Virus record (IMG/VR): IMGVR_UViG_3300029338_000016
Strand: one strand, 5' to 3'
Origin: a virus
DNA length: 33,094 nt
The notes under the pieces were generated by a model, which searched no databases, had not been told where the DNA came from, and worked only from the letters and a program-made list of their open reading frames with translations. Positions within the stretch are counted from its first letter, which is position 1; every line of letters begins with the position of its first letter. Positions 1-7,306 of this stretch are shown here, piece by piece. A program made the translations under genes and the position numbers.

Positions 1-123
1 ACGCTTCATCATCATTGCGCCACATTCAATCACGACGGCGCGGAAATACCATTCGATCAGAACGGTTTGTTCCTGCCGCGTGATAAGGAATGAAACGTAC
101 TGTGCGATGATGAAAGCCGCCGT
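1..123. repeat. Terminal overlap: identical to 32972-33094, so the contig closes into a circle of 32,971 bp
   Basis: Both ends were read base by base. The string acgcttcatcatcattgcgcc...gatgaaagccgccgt is present at both termini. Confidence 0.95.
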
Positions 124-225
124 TGTAATCGCGATCACAATAACGGCTTTCGTTGCGAAGCGTTCGTCAGCTTTGAAGAAGCGGCGCTTCGCCGTCCGCT
201 TTCCTCTCGAAGAATGAAGTTTCAC
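1..225 (-). CDS. 5' part of a 102-aa two-TM membrane protein (putative holin or holin partner). The gene crosses the contig junction and ends at 32888.
   Basis: GTG at 225 lies 5 nt after GGGGG. Translation: MKLHSSRGKRTAKRRFFKADERFATKAVIVIAITTAAFIIAQYVSFLITRQEQTVLIEWYFRAVVIECGAMMMKRIAEVIIGRIKKKEKIDITESEDTNNDY. It has two hydrophobic segments and charged ends. It lies between the endolysin and the LL-H holin. Confidence 0.6.
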   Translation of the reverse strand, partial: MKLHSSRGKRTAKRRFFKADERFATKAVIVIAITTAAFIIAQYVSFLITRQEQTVLIEWYFRAVVIECGAMMMKR

Positions 226-253
226 CGTGTCCCCCTTTCAAAATATCACATTC

Positions 254-289
254 AACGCACGGCGCGCGTTTTAACGCATACCGTGCGTT
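254..289 (-). other. 9-bp hairpin (aacgcacgg / ccgtgcgtt, 18-nt loop) between the endolysin stop and the next gene
   Basis: The inverted repeat was read directly. No clean U-tract follows, so terminator function is doubtful. Confidence 0.3.
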
Positions 290-298
290 GCCCGTGTG

Positions 299-1861
299 TT
301 AGATAAGCGTTAGATCATCGACGTTCACCGCCGCGACAACTGTTCCGCCGTAGGTAATCACGGCGCGCTTGCCGGAAAGCTCCTTGACGATGTGATCGCG
401 GGAATAGACGAAGGAAGCAAGGCTTCCGCCGGAATAGGTTTTCGCGCCCGCTTTCACGCGCACTTTACTTCCCGCCATGATCTTCTGCGCCGATGTCCCG
501 CCGGAAATGTCCTGCGCGTCCACCCAGCCGTACACGGTCGAACCGCCGCCGGACACTTTTACAAGGTGGTACTGGTGCTTTCCGCTCTTGTAAATCTGCG
601 TGATCTTCGCTTTGCCCGCTTTGCAAGGCTTCCCGCTCGAAGCGTTCGCGCTTGTGTAATGTTTCGTTCCGATGAACTCGACAATATCGCCGACGGCATA
701 CCCCGCCACGGCATTGTCTTTTTTGCCCTCCGCCGTGCCGCCGGAAGTGTCGGTCTGCGCGCCTGTATAGTCGATATAAGGTAACTTCCCGTGCTTCCTC
801 CATGTGCGCGCGTTGTAACCCGCCTTCTTGCCGATATTTGCAACGGCGGTAATCTGAACTTTGTTATCCCAGCGCGGCGTACATTCAACGCCCAGCCCGT
901 TTCCGATGTAAACGCCGATATGACCTTCACACCACAACGCTTCGCCGACTGCAACGTTTGAAAAGTCCGTCGAAACGCCCGCACATTTTGTAATCATCTG
1001 ATCCGCTCCGATGTCCGGAACGCCGTTCACGGCATAGGACGCGCCGCCGTAACTCTTCGCCGTGTCGCCGCGCCAGCCCCATAAAATGCCTTTTATAAGG
1101 CAAACGCAATCGAAGCCAAACGTATCCGCGCTTGCGGCGTTAATCATGCGCGTTCGCGCCGCCTGTTTGTTGTATGTATGATTGCTTGTATAGCGCTTTT
1201 TGTTCGCCGCCGACATAGGCGCGCCGAAGCAACCCATAACATAAAGCGTTTTATAATTCTTTGCAACGTCGATCAGCTTTTCGACGAATGTGGCGCTTGT
1301 CATTTTCCCCACTTTGTTTTCCTCCTTCTTTGTGTCTTTGCCCGCCACGGCGTACTTGTCAAAATACTTTTGCCCGTAGCTTGCGCGCCGTTTCTGTGCG
1401 GCTTCGCTCATATCCGCCGGGCGTTCAAATTTCAGAAGAACGCTATCGGAAGCGGCGCGGACGGTCGTTGCGGTTTTAAGCGTATTCAATACGGCTTTGT
1501 ATCCGCTCGAAAGCTCCTTGAAGCAGAAATCCAACTGCATTTCAAGATCGCCGATTGACCTTCCTTTTGAACGCGCGAAAGCAAGCAAGGCTTCCTTCCT
1601 GCTCCAATACGTCCATTGTGCAAGCCCGTATCCTGCGCGATCCCGCGCGAAGTTTTCATACGTCCCGTTGTCAACTGCCGCCGTGTAGCTTTCGTCCGTG
1701 TGTCCCAACTTCTTTTCGTAGCTGTTTTGAAGGTTCTTTGGATTAAGCGCACTTTCAGCGTAAAGATTACCCATCAAGCCCGCCGCCCCCGCTTCGGTTA
1801 ATCCCTGCGCGATACAATAATTCCATATTCGCGCTTCATTGTTGCTCCCTTTAAGTGCCAT
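299..1861 (-). CDS. Multidomain endolysin: N-terminal lysozyme/glucosaminidase-like domain, central NlpC/P60- or CHAP-like cysteine peptidase, two C-terminal SH3-like wall-binding repeats
   Basis: AAGLMGNLYAESALNP and GYGLAQWTYWSRK motifs at the N-terminus. FDCVCLIKG...GHIGVYIG looks like a Cys/His peptidase. The C-terminal part is repeated. RBS aaaggagg precedes the ATG at 1861. Confidence 0.85.
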   Translation of the reverse strand: MALKGSNNEARIWNYCIAQGLTEAGAAGLMGNLYAESALNPKNLQNSYEKKLGHTDESYTAAVDNGTYENFARDRAGYGLAQWTYWSRKEALLAFARSKGRSIGDLEMQLDFCFKELSSGYKAVLNTLKTATTVRAASDSVLLKFERPADMSEAAQKRRASYGQKYFDKYAVAGKDTKKEENKVGKMTSATFVEKLIDVAKNYKTLYVMGCFGAPMSAANKKRYTSNHTYNKQAARTRMINAASADTFGFDCVCLIKGILWGWRGDTAKSYGGASYAVNGVPDIGADQMITKCAGVSTDFSNVAVGEALWCEGHIGVYIGNGLGVECTPRWDNKVQITAVANIGKKAGYNARTWRKHGKLPYIDYTGAQTDTSGGTAEGKKDNAVAGYAVGDIVEFIGTKHYTSANASSGKPCKAGKAKITQIYKSGKHQYHLVKVSGGGSTVYGWVDAQDISGGTSAQKIMAGSKVRVKAGAKTYSGGSLASFVYSRDHIVKELSGKRAVITYGGTVVAAVNVDDLTLI

Positions 1862-1885
1862 TTAATACCTCCTTTGCAATAAAGA

Positions 1886-1917
1886 AGCGGCGGGGAAGCC
1901 CCCGCCGCTGGTGTTAC
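1886..1917 (-). terminator. GC-rich hairpin (agcggcgggg / ccccgccgct) followed on the minus strand by TCTTTATT, immediately upstream of the endolysin
   Basis: 10-bp perfect stem with a 4-nt loop. The U-tract is weak. Confidence 0.4.
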
Positions 1918-2213
1918 TCTGCTTGATCCATTCGTTTTTCGATGTGGTCAAGCCGCTTGTGTGCCTGTTTCGCCGACGCTTCAACGTCGGTCAAGCGCGT
2001 TACGAACTCCGTATTCGTCTTTCGCTGTTCCTTCTGCTCCGCCTTGATTTCGTCCGTGTTCGCCTTGATGTATCCGATCTCGGTTAAAACGGTCGCGTCG
2101 TGCTTCACATTGCTTTCCTTGTCCTTGTCCCTGTTACGAACAAAAGCGATATAGCCGAACACGATAGCGCATACGGTAGAAAAGACGGAAAGAACCGTTG
2201 TGAAAGTGTCCAT
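1914..2213 (-). CDS. Small membrane-anchored coiled-coil protein (N-terminal TM); lysis-cassette associated
   Basis: N-terminal hydrophobic segment TTVLSVFSTVCAIVFGYIAFV, then a charged helical region. Function is inferred from position only. Confidence 0.6.
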   Translation of the reverse strand: MDTFTTVLSVFSTVCAIVFGYIAFVRNRDKDKESNVKHDATVLTEIGYIKANTDEIKAEQKEQRKTNTEFVTRLTDVEASAKQAHKRLDHIEKRMDQAE

Positions 2214-2234
2214 CGTTGATCCTTCTTCCTGCCG

Positions 2235-2696
2235 TTATGTTATCTCTTCCCACTTCGTCGAATTGACGCGCGGGGAATAGACGGAAGATTTGAAGTGCTG
2301 GGCGACGCATACCCACTTCTTCCCGTTGTGCGTTACCTTTGTTCCCTCCGTGATTACTTCGCCGTCCGGAAGGTCAGCCCATGCGCCAATCTGCTCTTCG
2401 GTCGGTGTGCGCGTCCATTTGTCCGGATTTGAAGCAGGGGATTTTCCACGGCTGTAATGCGTTGCCGTGTAGCTCACGCCGTCAAGCGTTACCACGTCGC
2501 CCGTGATATAGCTTTTCTTCTCGTTCCACTCTTCGCCTTGCTCCGGAAGGGAAACAAGGTTATTGCGGATACTCGAAATAATGCTTTCTTCGGTTTCGGC
2601 GCGGGCGGCTTCAACCTCCGCCATGATCGAAGCGCGCAAGGCTTCAAGCTCTGCCGCGCCGATCTGCTTTTCGCTCTTCTTGTGTGTTACGCTCAT
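2235..2696 (-). CDS. Fibre-associated protein with two CBM5/12-like carbohydrate-binding repeats
   Basis: YITGDVVTLDGVSYTATHY...PDKW and GTKVTHNGKKWVCVAQHF...STKW repeats. An ATGA overlap joins it to the upstream gene. Confidence 0.6.
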   Translation of the reverse strand: MSVTHKKSEKQIGAAELEALRASIMAEVEAARAETEESIISSIRNNLVSLPEQGEEWNEKKSYITGDVVTLDGVSYTATHYSRGKSPASNPDKWTRTPTEEQIGAWADLPDGEVITEGTKVTHNGKKWVCVAQHFKSSVYSPRVNSTKWEEIT

Positions 2697-4432
2697 TCAA
2701 AATTCCCCCCGATCCCCGATACCCAGCAAGCGGTCAGCGCGTCGCCGCGCTGGACGGTTACGCGGATATTCATTCCGTACTGTGCCGCCGTGTTGATCTT
2801 ATTTGTGAAAACGTGTGCAACGCCTTGAACAACCGCGTTCGTGCAATCCTCCCAAACGGGGGAAGCGTCAAACGGATTGTTCGTCGCTTCAACCTTGAAC
2901 GTGCCGCCCGCCGGAATATCTCGCGTTACCTTGATATTCGCGCGTGTCGGCTGGCTGTTGGCTTCCAGCGGCGCTGAAAGCGTGATAACGAAGCCCGCAA
3001 TCGACTTCGTGAACGTCAGCGTCCGGACGGCGCTATTTCCTGCGCTGTCGGTCGCCGTAATTGTGATCGTGTGCTTTGCGTTCGTAAGCGCCGTGAAGGT
3101 ATTTCCGGAAACGGAAAGCGTCTGCGTCGCGCCCAGCGTGATCGCGTTCTTCGTCGCGATTGTCTTTCCGTCGATCTTTTCAACAACGTTCACCGTGTCG
3201 CCGTCCGGATCGGTTACGCTGTATTGATAGGTGAAATCGGCGCGCTTGATCCCAAGATCGGCATTACTGCCGGAAATCACGGGCGGCTGGTTATGGATTA
3301 CGGCAATATCTCCGCTTGTGGTGTATGCGGAATAATTGCCGTAGCTGTCCTTTGCGCGGACGCGGTATTTTAACGTGTTCCACGCGGTCGATACCGCTTC
3401 CGTGAACGTCCTGCTTGCGGACGCTTGAACCTGTGTCCACGCGCCGCTGTTGTATGAGCGCTCGAAACAATAGGTCAGCGCGTCGCCGTCCGGATCGGTC
3501 GCCGCCGCGCAAGAAATGTTGATGTTCTGCCCGCTGTAACACGTTGCTGGCGCGGTAATGCTGGGCGGCGCGGAAGGCGCGGAATTGTAGATTACCGTAT
3601 AATTTCCGTCGCTGTTCGGGCTGTCAGATACCAAGATAGAAGATTTAAGATTACAAAGCGGGCGAACGCCATTAGTGCCGTCGTACGCGCTGTAGTAGTT
3701 CAAAGAGCCGTCCGAACCGACGCTGCGGACGTTGCGGGCGTTCGACGAACTAGGCGTCCGAAGCCACCAATACCAGCCCTTTGACGTGCTGAAACTGCTG
3801 TTCGTGTATCCGTCGGCGTTGTTCACGCATTGCGCCGTAGGATAAGCAACGCGGGAAGCGTCGTTGCTGAATAGCGCAAGAAGCGATCCTTCCGCGATAT
3901 TGTTTTCATTCGCAAGCCCCACTTCGGTGGTGGACGCAAGAAACATTTTCGCCTTGAAGGTTTCGTAACTGCCGCCGTCGGTCGAAGATTTAACAACGGT
4001 CAGCGTTGTTTCCATAAGCTCCGCAACAAACTTCGGATCAAGCATTGCAAGGAAGCCCGCCCACGAAGTGTACGGATTATACGTTACGTGCGTGTTCTTC
4101 GTCGTCGGCGCTTGATCCGCGCTGTGCTTTGCGCTGTACCATGCGCCCGCCGTCGCGTTGCTATTCAGCCATTGCAGAAGGTTTGAATAGATATGTCGGT
4201 TATTGCCGTAATTCTTGCGGTCGTTGTTGCTGTTGCTCGGTTCTTTCGCGTCGGAAGCCATGTTCTGAATGATCTTTTCCGTAATCAGCGTTACGGAATT
4301 CGACGGGTAGCCGCTGTGGTTCTTGTCGGCGATCTTGAAAACGATCTTTGATCCGAAGCGCGATTGATACGCCGAAAGAACCGGAACTTCAATCTTCGCG
4401 CCCACCGACAAACTGCCTAATGTTTTTGACAT
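2693..4432 (-). CDS. DGR target protein 1: fibre or receptor-binding-like protein. The N-terminal C-type-lectin-like domain carries VR1 (aa 226-259), followed by about 320 aa of Ig/FN3-like repeats.
   Basis: GWYWWLRTP...GVRPLCNLKS resembles the ligand-binding fold typical of DGR targets. VR1 matches the TR. The C-terminal region contains TDPDGD-type repeat domains. Confidence 0.85.
   Translation of the reverse strand: MSKTLGSLSVGAKIEVPVLSAYQSRFGSKIVFKIADKNHSGYPSNSVTLITEKIIQNMASDAKEPSNSNNDRKNYGNNRHIYSNLLQWLNSNATAGAWYSAKHSADQAPTTKNTHVTYNPYTSWAGFLAMLDPKFVAELMETTLTVVKSSTDGGSYETFKAKMFLASTTEVGLANENNIAEGSLLALFSNDASRVAYPTAQCVNNADGYTNSSFSTSKGWYWWLRTPSSSNARNVRSVGSDGSLNYYSAYDGTNGVRPLCNLKSSILVSDSPNSDGNYTVIYNSAPSAPPSITAPATCYSGQNINISCAAATDPDGDALTYCFERSYNSGAWTQVQASASRTFTEAVSTAWNTLKYRVRAKDSYGNYSAYTTSGDIAVIHNQPPVISGSNADLGIKRADFTYQYSVTDPDGDTVNVVEKIDGKTIATKNAITLGATQTLSVSGNTFTALTNAKHTITITATDSAGNSAVRTLTFTKSIAGFVITLSAPLEANSQPTRANIKVTRDIPAGGTFKVEATNNPFDASPVWEDCTNAVVQGVAHVFTNKINTAAQYGMNIRVTVQRGDALTACWVSGIGGNFE
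3656..3757 (-). repeat. DGR variable region VR1 (102 nt)
   Basis: Aligns without gaps to TR 5643-5744 with 11 differences. Ten are at TR adenines on the coding strand and one is C->T. Confidence 0.9.
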
Positions 4433-5472
4433 TGTGCCGCCTCCTTTGATTTCATTAAGCTGTTGTAATACTGATCCGTCCGCCGGATCAAGTGATAGCT
4501 GTTTCCCTTTTCGGCGTGTCCTCTCCAGCTTTGATAGGATTGTTCAACGGTCTTTGCGTCGATCCGTCCCGCCGCGTGAAGGGCGGCTAATTTCTTCAAC
4601 TTCCGCTTCATATTGTTCTTGCTCCTGCGGCGCACCTTGCGGATCACCGCGCCGCTTTCGGTCAAGTATGTATGAAAGCCCAAGAAATCAACGCCGTGTT
4701 TCAAGGGAAAGATATTCGTTTTCGCATTCAGCGAAAGCCCGCGCGCCTGTACGAACGCTTCAATCTGCTTCCGGCACTCCTGCAAATATGCTTTGTCGTG
4801 ATGGATCAAAAAGAAGTCGTCCATATAGCGCCCGTAATATTTGATACCCAGCTTTTCCTTTACGAAGTGATCCAGCCCGTCAAGGTAGAGAAGGGCGAAA
4901 AGTTGTGAAGTTTGATTGCCGATCGGTATTCCGACGTTGCCTTCGGTGCTGTCGATGATAAGATCAATCAGCCACAAAACGTCCGGATCGGTTATCTTCT
5001 CGCGGATTAAGGTTTTCAAAACGTCGTGCCGGATCGAATAGAAATACTTTGAAATATCGCCTTTCAGTATCCAGCCGTCAATTCCGTTCTTCCTGTAAAA
5101 CCTCCGCATGAACTCTTGAAGCCTGTCTAACCCGTAATGCGTACCTTTCCCCACCTGCGACGCGTAGTTATCGCGAATGAACGATCGTGTCAAAATCGGT
5201 TCAAGCACGTTATCGCAAAGCGAATGTTGAACAACCTTGTCTTTGTAGCTGTTCGACATAACCACGCGGCGCTTCGGCTCGTATACCTCGAACGTGTTAT
5301 ACGGGGACATGGTATAGCGCTTCGTTCTGATCTGCGCGCTTAATAGGTTCAGCGCTTCAAGAAGATTAACTTCAAACTTTGCCGCCGCTCCTTTCCACCT
5401 CTTGCCTTGCCGCGCCTTTCGGTAGGCATTGTATAGGCTTTCAAAACTGTGTATCTTTTCAAAGTCTGTCAT
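4417..5472 (-). CDS. DGR reverse transcriptase
   Basis: IGNQTSQ motif (the I/LGxxxSQ hallmark of DGR RTs) and YMDD. Start chosen at MTDFEKIH (ATG at 5472, gagga RBS). The longer ORF to 5583 covers the TR-RT spacer. Confidence 0.92.
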   Translation of the reverse strand: MTDFEKIHSFESLYNAYRKARQGKRWKGAAAKFEVNLLEALNLLSAQIRTKRYTMSPYNTFEVYEPKRRVVMSNSYKDKVVQHSLCDNVLEPILTRSFIRDNYASQVGKGTHYGLDRLQEFMRRFYRKNGIDGWILKGDISKYFYSIRHDVLKTLIREKITDPDVLWLIDLIIDSTEGNVGIPIGNQTSQLFALLYLDGLDHFVKEKLGIKYYGRYMDDFFLIHHDKAYLQECRKQIEAFVQARGLSLNAKTNIFPLKHGVDFLGFHTYLTESGAVIRKVRRRSKNNMKRKLKKLAALHAAGRIDAKTVEQSYQSWRGHAEKGNSYHLIRRTDQYYNSLMKSKEAAQCQKH

Positions 5473-5642
5473 AATAAAAAATCCTCGCTGTTTATAACCT
5501 TTGCCAGCCGCCGGAAGGCGGTATGCTCCGGTATCGGCGATCCTGTATTCGTCCCCGCCGTGGATAGCGGCGACGGGATACACCTTCCTTTGATGGTGGT
5601 ATTCTGCTTTCGGCTGTGCCTACTCGTTCACATAGTCCACCG

Positions 5643-5744
5643 AAGCGGGCGAACGCCATTGTTGCCGTTGTACGCGTTGTTGTTGTTCAAAGAGCCGTCC
5701 GAATTGACGTTGCGGACGTTGTTGGCGTTCGACGAATTAGGCGT
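5643..5744 (-). repeat. DGR template repeat (TR)
   Basis: On the coding strand it reads TPNSSNANNVRNVNSDGSLNNNNAYNGNNGVRPL, with 13 AAY codons and 29 adenines. It is invariant relative to two VR copies that differ almost only at these A positions. Confidence 0.9.
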
Positions 5745-5768
5745 ATCAAGATGTACCCCGAACGTTTT

Positions 5769-6174
5769 TCAAGCTCTCGTTTTGTCCCGCTTCTTCCACG
5801 CGGTCGTCATGTACTTCACTTCAAGCGCAAGTTTTGACCAATATTCGCAACTGCTCATAGAAATAAAGCCCATTTCCTGCGAAAGCTCTATGAAAAAATA
5901 GAAGCTCCTTGCAATAGGTCAGCGCCTTTGCTTGTAGCTTCTGCCGTTGTCTGTATTCCTGCGCGTCCCGAAGGTCTAATTCGTTCGCTTCAAGGACGCA
6001 TTCGTAAATGTCCACCGCTTTATCCTGTATCCTGTTTACAAGCGTGAAGCGGTATTTCTTCGGGTAGCGCTCCGTCGAATTCGTGATCGTGAAGGTGTGC
6101 TTTACAAGGTCTTTCGCTTTCACAATCACGTTGAATTCCGTCGGTTCTTTCCGCTCCCGCTCCGGTCTTTGCAT
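5769..6174 (-). CDS. avd: Avd-like accessory variability determinant (four-helix-bundle family), interrupted by a +1 frame change at a T6 run (A6 on the plus strand, 5893-5898)
   Basis: Frame 0 (5821-6174) gives VIVKAKDLVKHTFTITNSTERYPKKYRFTLVNRI...CKELLFF and then an atypical tail. The +1 frame continues IELSQEMGFISMSSCEYWSKLALEVKYMTTAWKKRDKTRA to a stop at 5769, which resembles an Avd C-terminus. Confidence 0.7.
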
Positions 6175-6406
6175 AAATGCACCGTCCTTTCCGCATTCGC
6201 TCGATTATCGCGGTATCGTCGGCGCACCCGTCGAAATCGAAGCCCGCGTCGGTAACGGTCAGCGTTGCCGCGTTCCCTGTAACCGTTGTTCCTGTGATCT
6301 GCAATACCTCCGCACCGCAAGCCGCGCATGGCGGGGAAAGCTCCGCAAAGATGTTTCCGATCACGCACGATAATTCCGCCACCGTGCAAGCGTACCGCGT
6401 CAGCAT
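6020..6406 (-). CDS. Hypothetical protein. The ORF overlaps the avd start by about 150 nt in another frame, so its true extent is uncertain.
   Basis: ATG at 6406 with a gagga RBS. No stop occurs before 6020. No family was recognised. Confidence 0.35.
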   Translation of the reverse strand: MLTRYACTVAELSCVIGNIFAELSPPCAACGAEVLQITGTTVTGNAATLTVTDAGFDFDGCADDTAIIERMRKGRCIYAKTGAGAERTDGIQRDCESERPCKAHLHDHEFDGALPEEIPLHACKQDTG

Positions 6407-7290
6407 TCGATCCTCTGCAAGCTCTCGTTCCAAATGCCCGTAGACGTTACGCCGTCGAGATCATCGAAGAGGATCAAGAACGGATTTGTCGTAATGTCAT
6501 TGAAAAGCACCGCTTCCAGCATATCCACGCGCGCGTCAAGCGCGTTCGTGATGTTCAGAAGGTTTGTTGCCGCGTTATCGTCAAGGACGGTTTGCAAGCC
6601 GTTAAACCATGCGTTGAAATCCGCCGCCGCCTGTGTTTCAAAGTCCGCCATGTGTTGCTCGAACGCGTTGTATTGCGCGTCGCCCTGCAATTTCAGCGAA
6701 TTCATATACGAAACAAGTGTGTTGTACTCCGCCGCCGAAAGGGATTGATATTCAGCGAACCACGCTTGAAGCTGTGCGTTAAAAGCCGCCGTGTCGATCT
6801 GCTGAACGACTGCGGCAACAACGCCGCAAAGCGACGTGTTCAAGCGCTGATCCGTGATCTTGCTTTGCGTGATTGCTGTTACGCCCGCGCCCACGTAGAT
6901 GTCCGCCAGCGCAAGCTCGTAAATGTCCGCGTCCCTCTGCAATGCGGGCGCGGTAGGGGACGCGCTGAACGAAGAAGATTTTACCTTCACCGACATAACG
7001 CGGTTTGTTAAGTCCCAGCGGACGACAACGCGATCAACGCGGTTCAACTGTCCGTCCGCCGTGTCAAGCTCGACGGCAAGATCGCCCGTGTTGAAGTAGA
7101 AGTAACCGTTGATCCACGCTTTGCCCGTTTTAACGTTCAGCTTCATTCCGTCGTTTGCGACGACTTGAAGCCCCGTCGAAGGGACGGGGAAAACGCCGTT
7201 CCCGATGAACGAAGCAAAGTATTCCGCCCAATCCTCCGCCTTGTACGTGCGATCGTGCGAAACGCTGTTGAAGAAACTTGATTTTTCCAT
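6400..7290 (-). CDS. Tail fibre or baseplate-associated structural protein
   Basis: N-terminal FFNSVSHDRTYKAEDWAEYFASFIGNGVFP motif, as seen in Firmicutes siphophage fibre proteins. aggaggg RBS. Position after the tail-tip gene. Confidence 0.6.
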   Translation of the reverse strand: MEKSSFFNSVSHDRTYKAEDWAEYFASFIGNGVFPVPSTGLQVVANDGMKLNVKTGKAWINGYFYFNTGDLAVELDTADGQLNRVDRVVVRWDLTNRVMSVKVKSSSFSASPTAPALQRDADIYELALADIYVGAGVTAITQSKITDQRLNTSLCGVVAAVVQQIDTAAFNAQLQAWFAEYQSLSAAEYNTLVSYMNSLKLQGDAQYNAFEQHMADFETQAAADFNAWFNGLQTVLDDNAATNLLNITNALDARVDMLEAVLFNDITTNPFLILFDDLDGVTSTGIWNESLQRIEC

Positions 7291-7306
7291 GCTGTGAAGC
7301 CCTCCT

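Noticed and set aside
4417-5583. N-terminal extensions given by the ORF track. Examples: RT to 5583, target 2 to 25638, Gp37-like to 8551, TerL to 20044, HNH to 20832, SleB-like to 28983, transposase to 30679.
   Set aside because: In each case an internal ATG, GTG or TTG preceded by a GGAGG-type RBS sits right after the upstream gene's stop. The extension overlaps the upstream gene or non-coding DGR sequence and looks non-protein-like.
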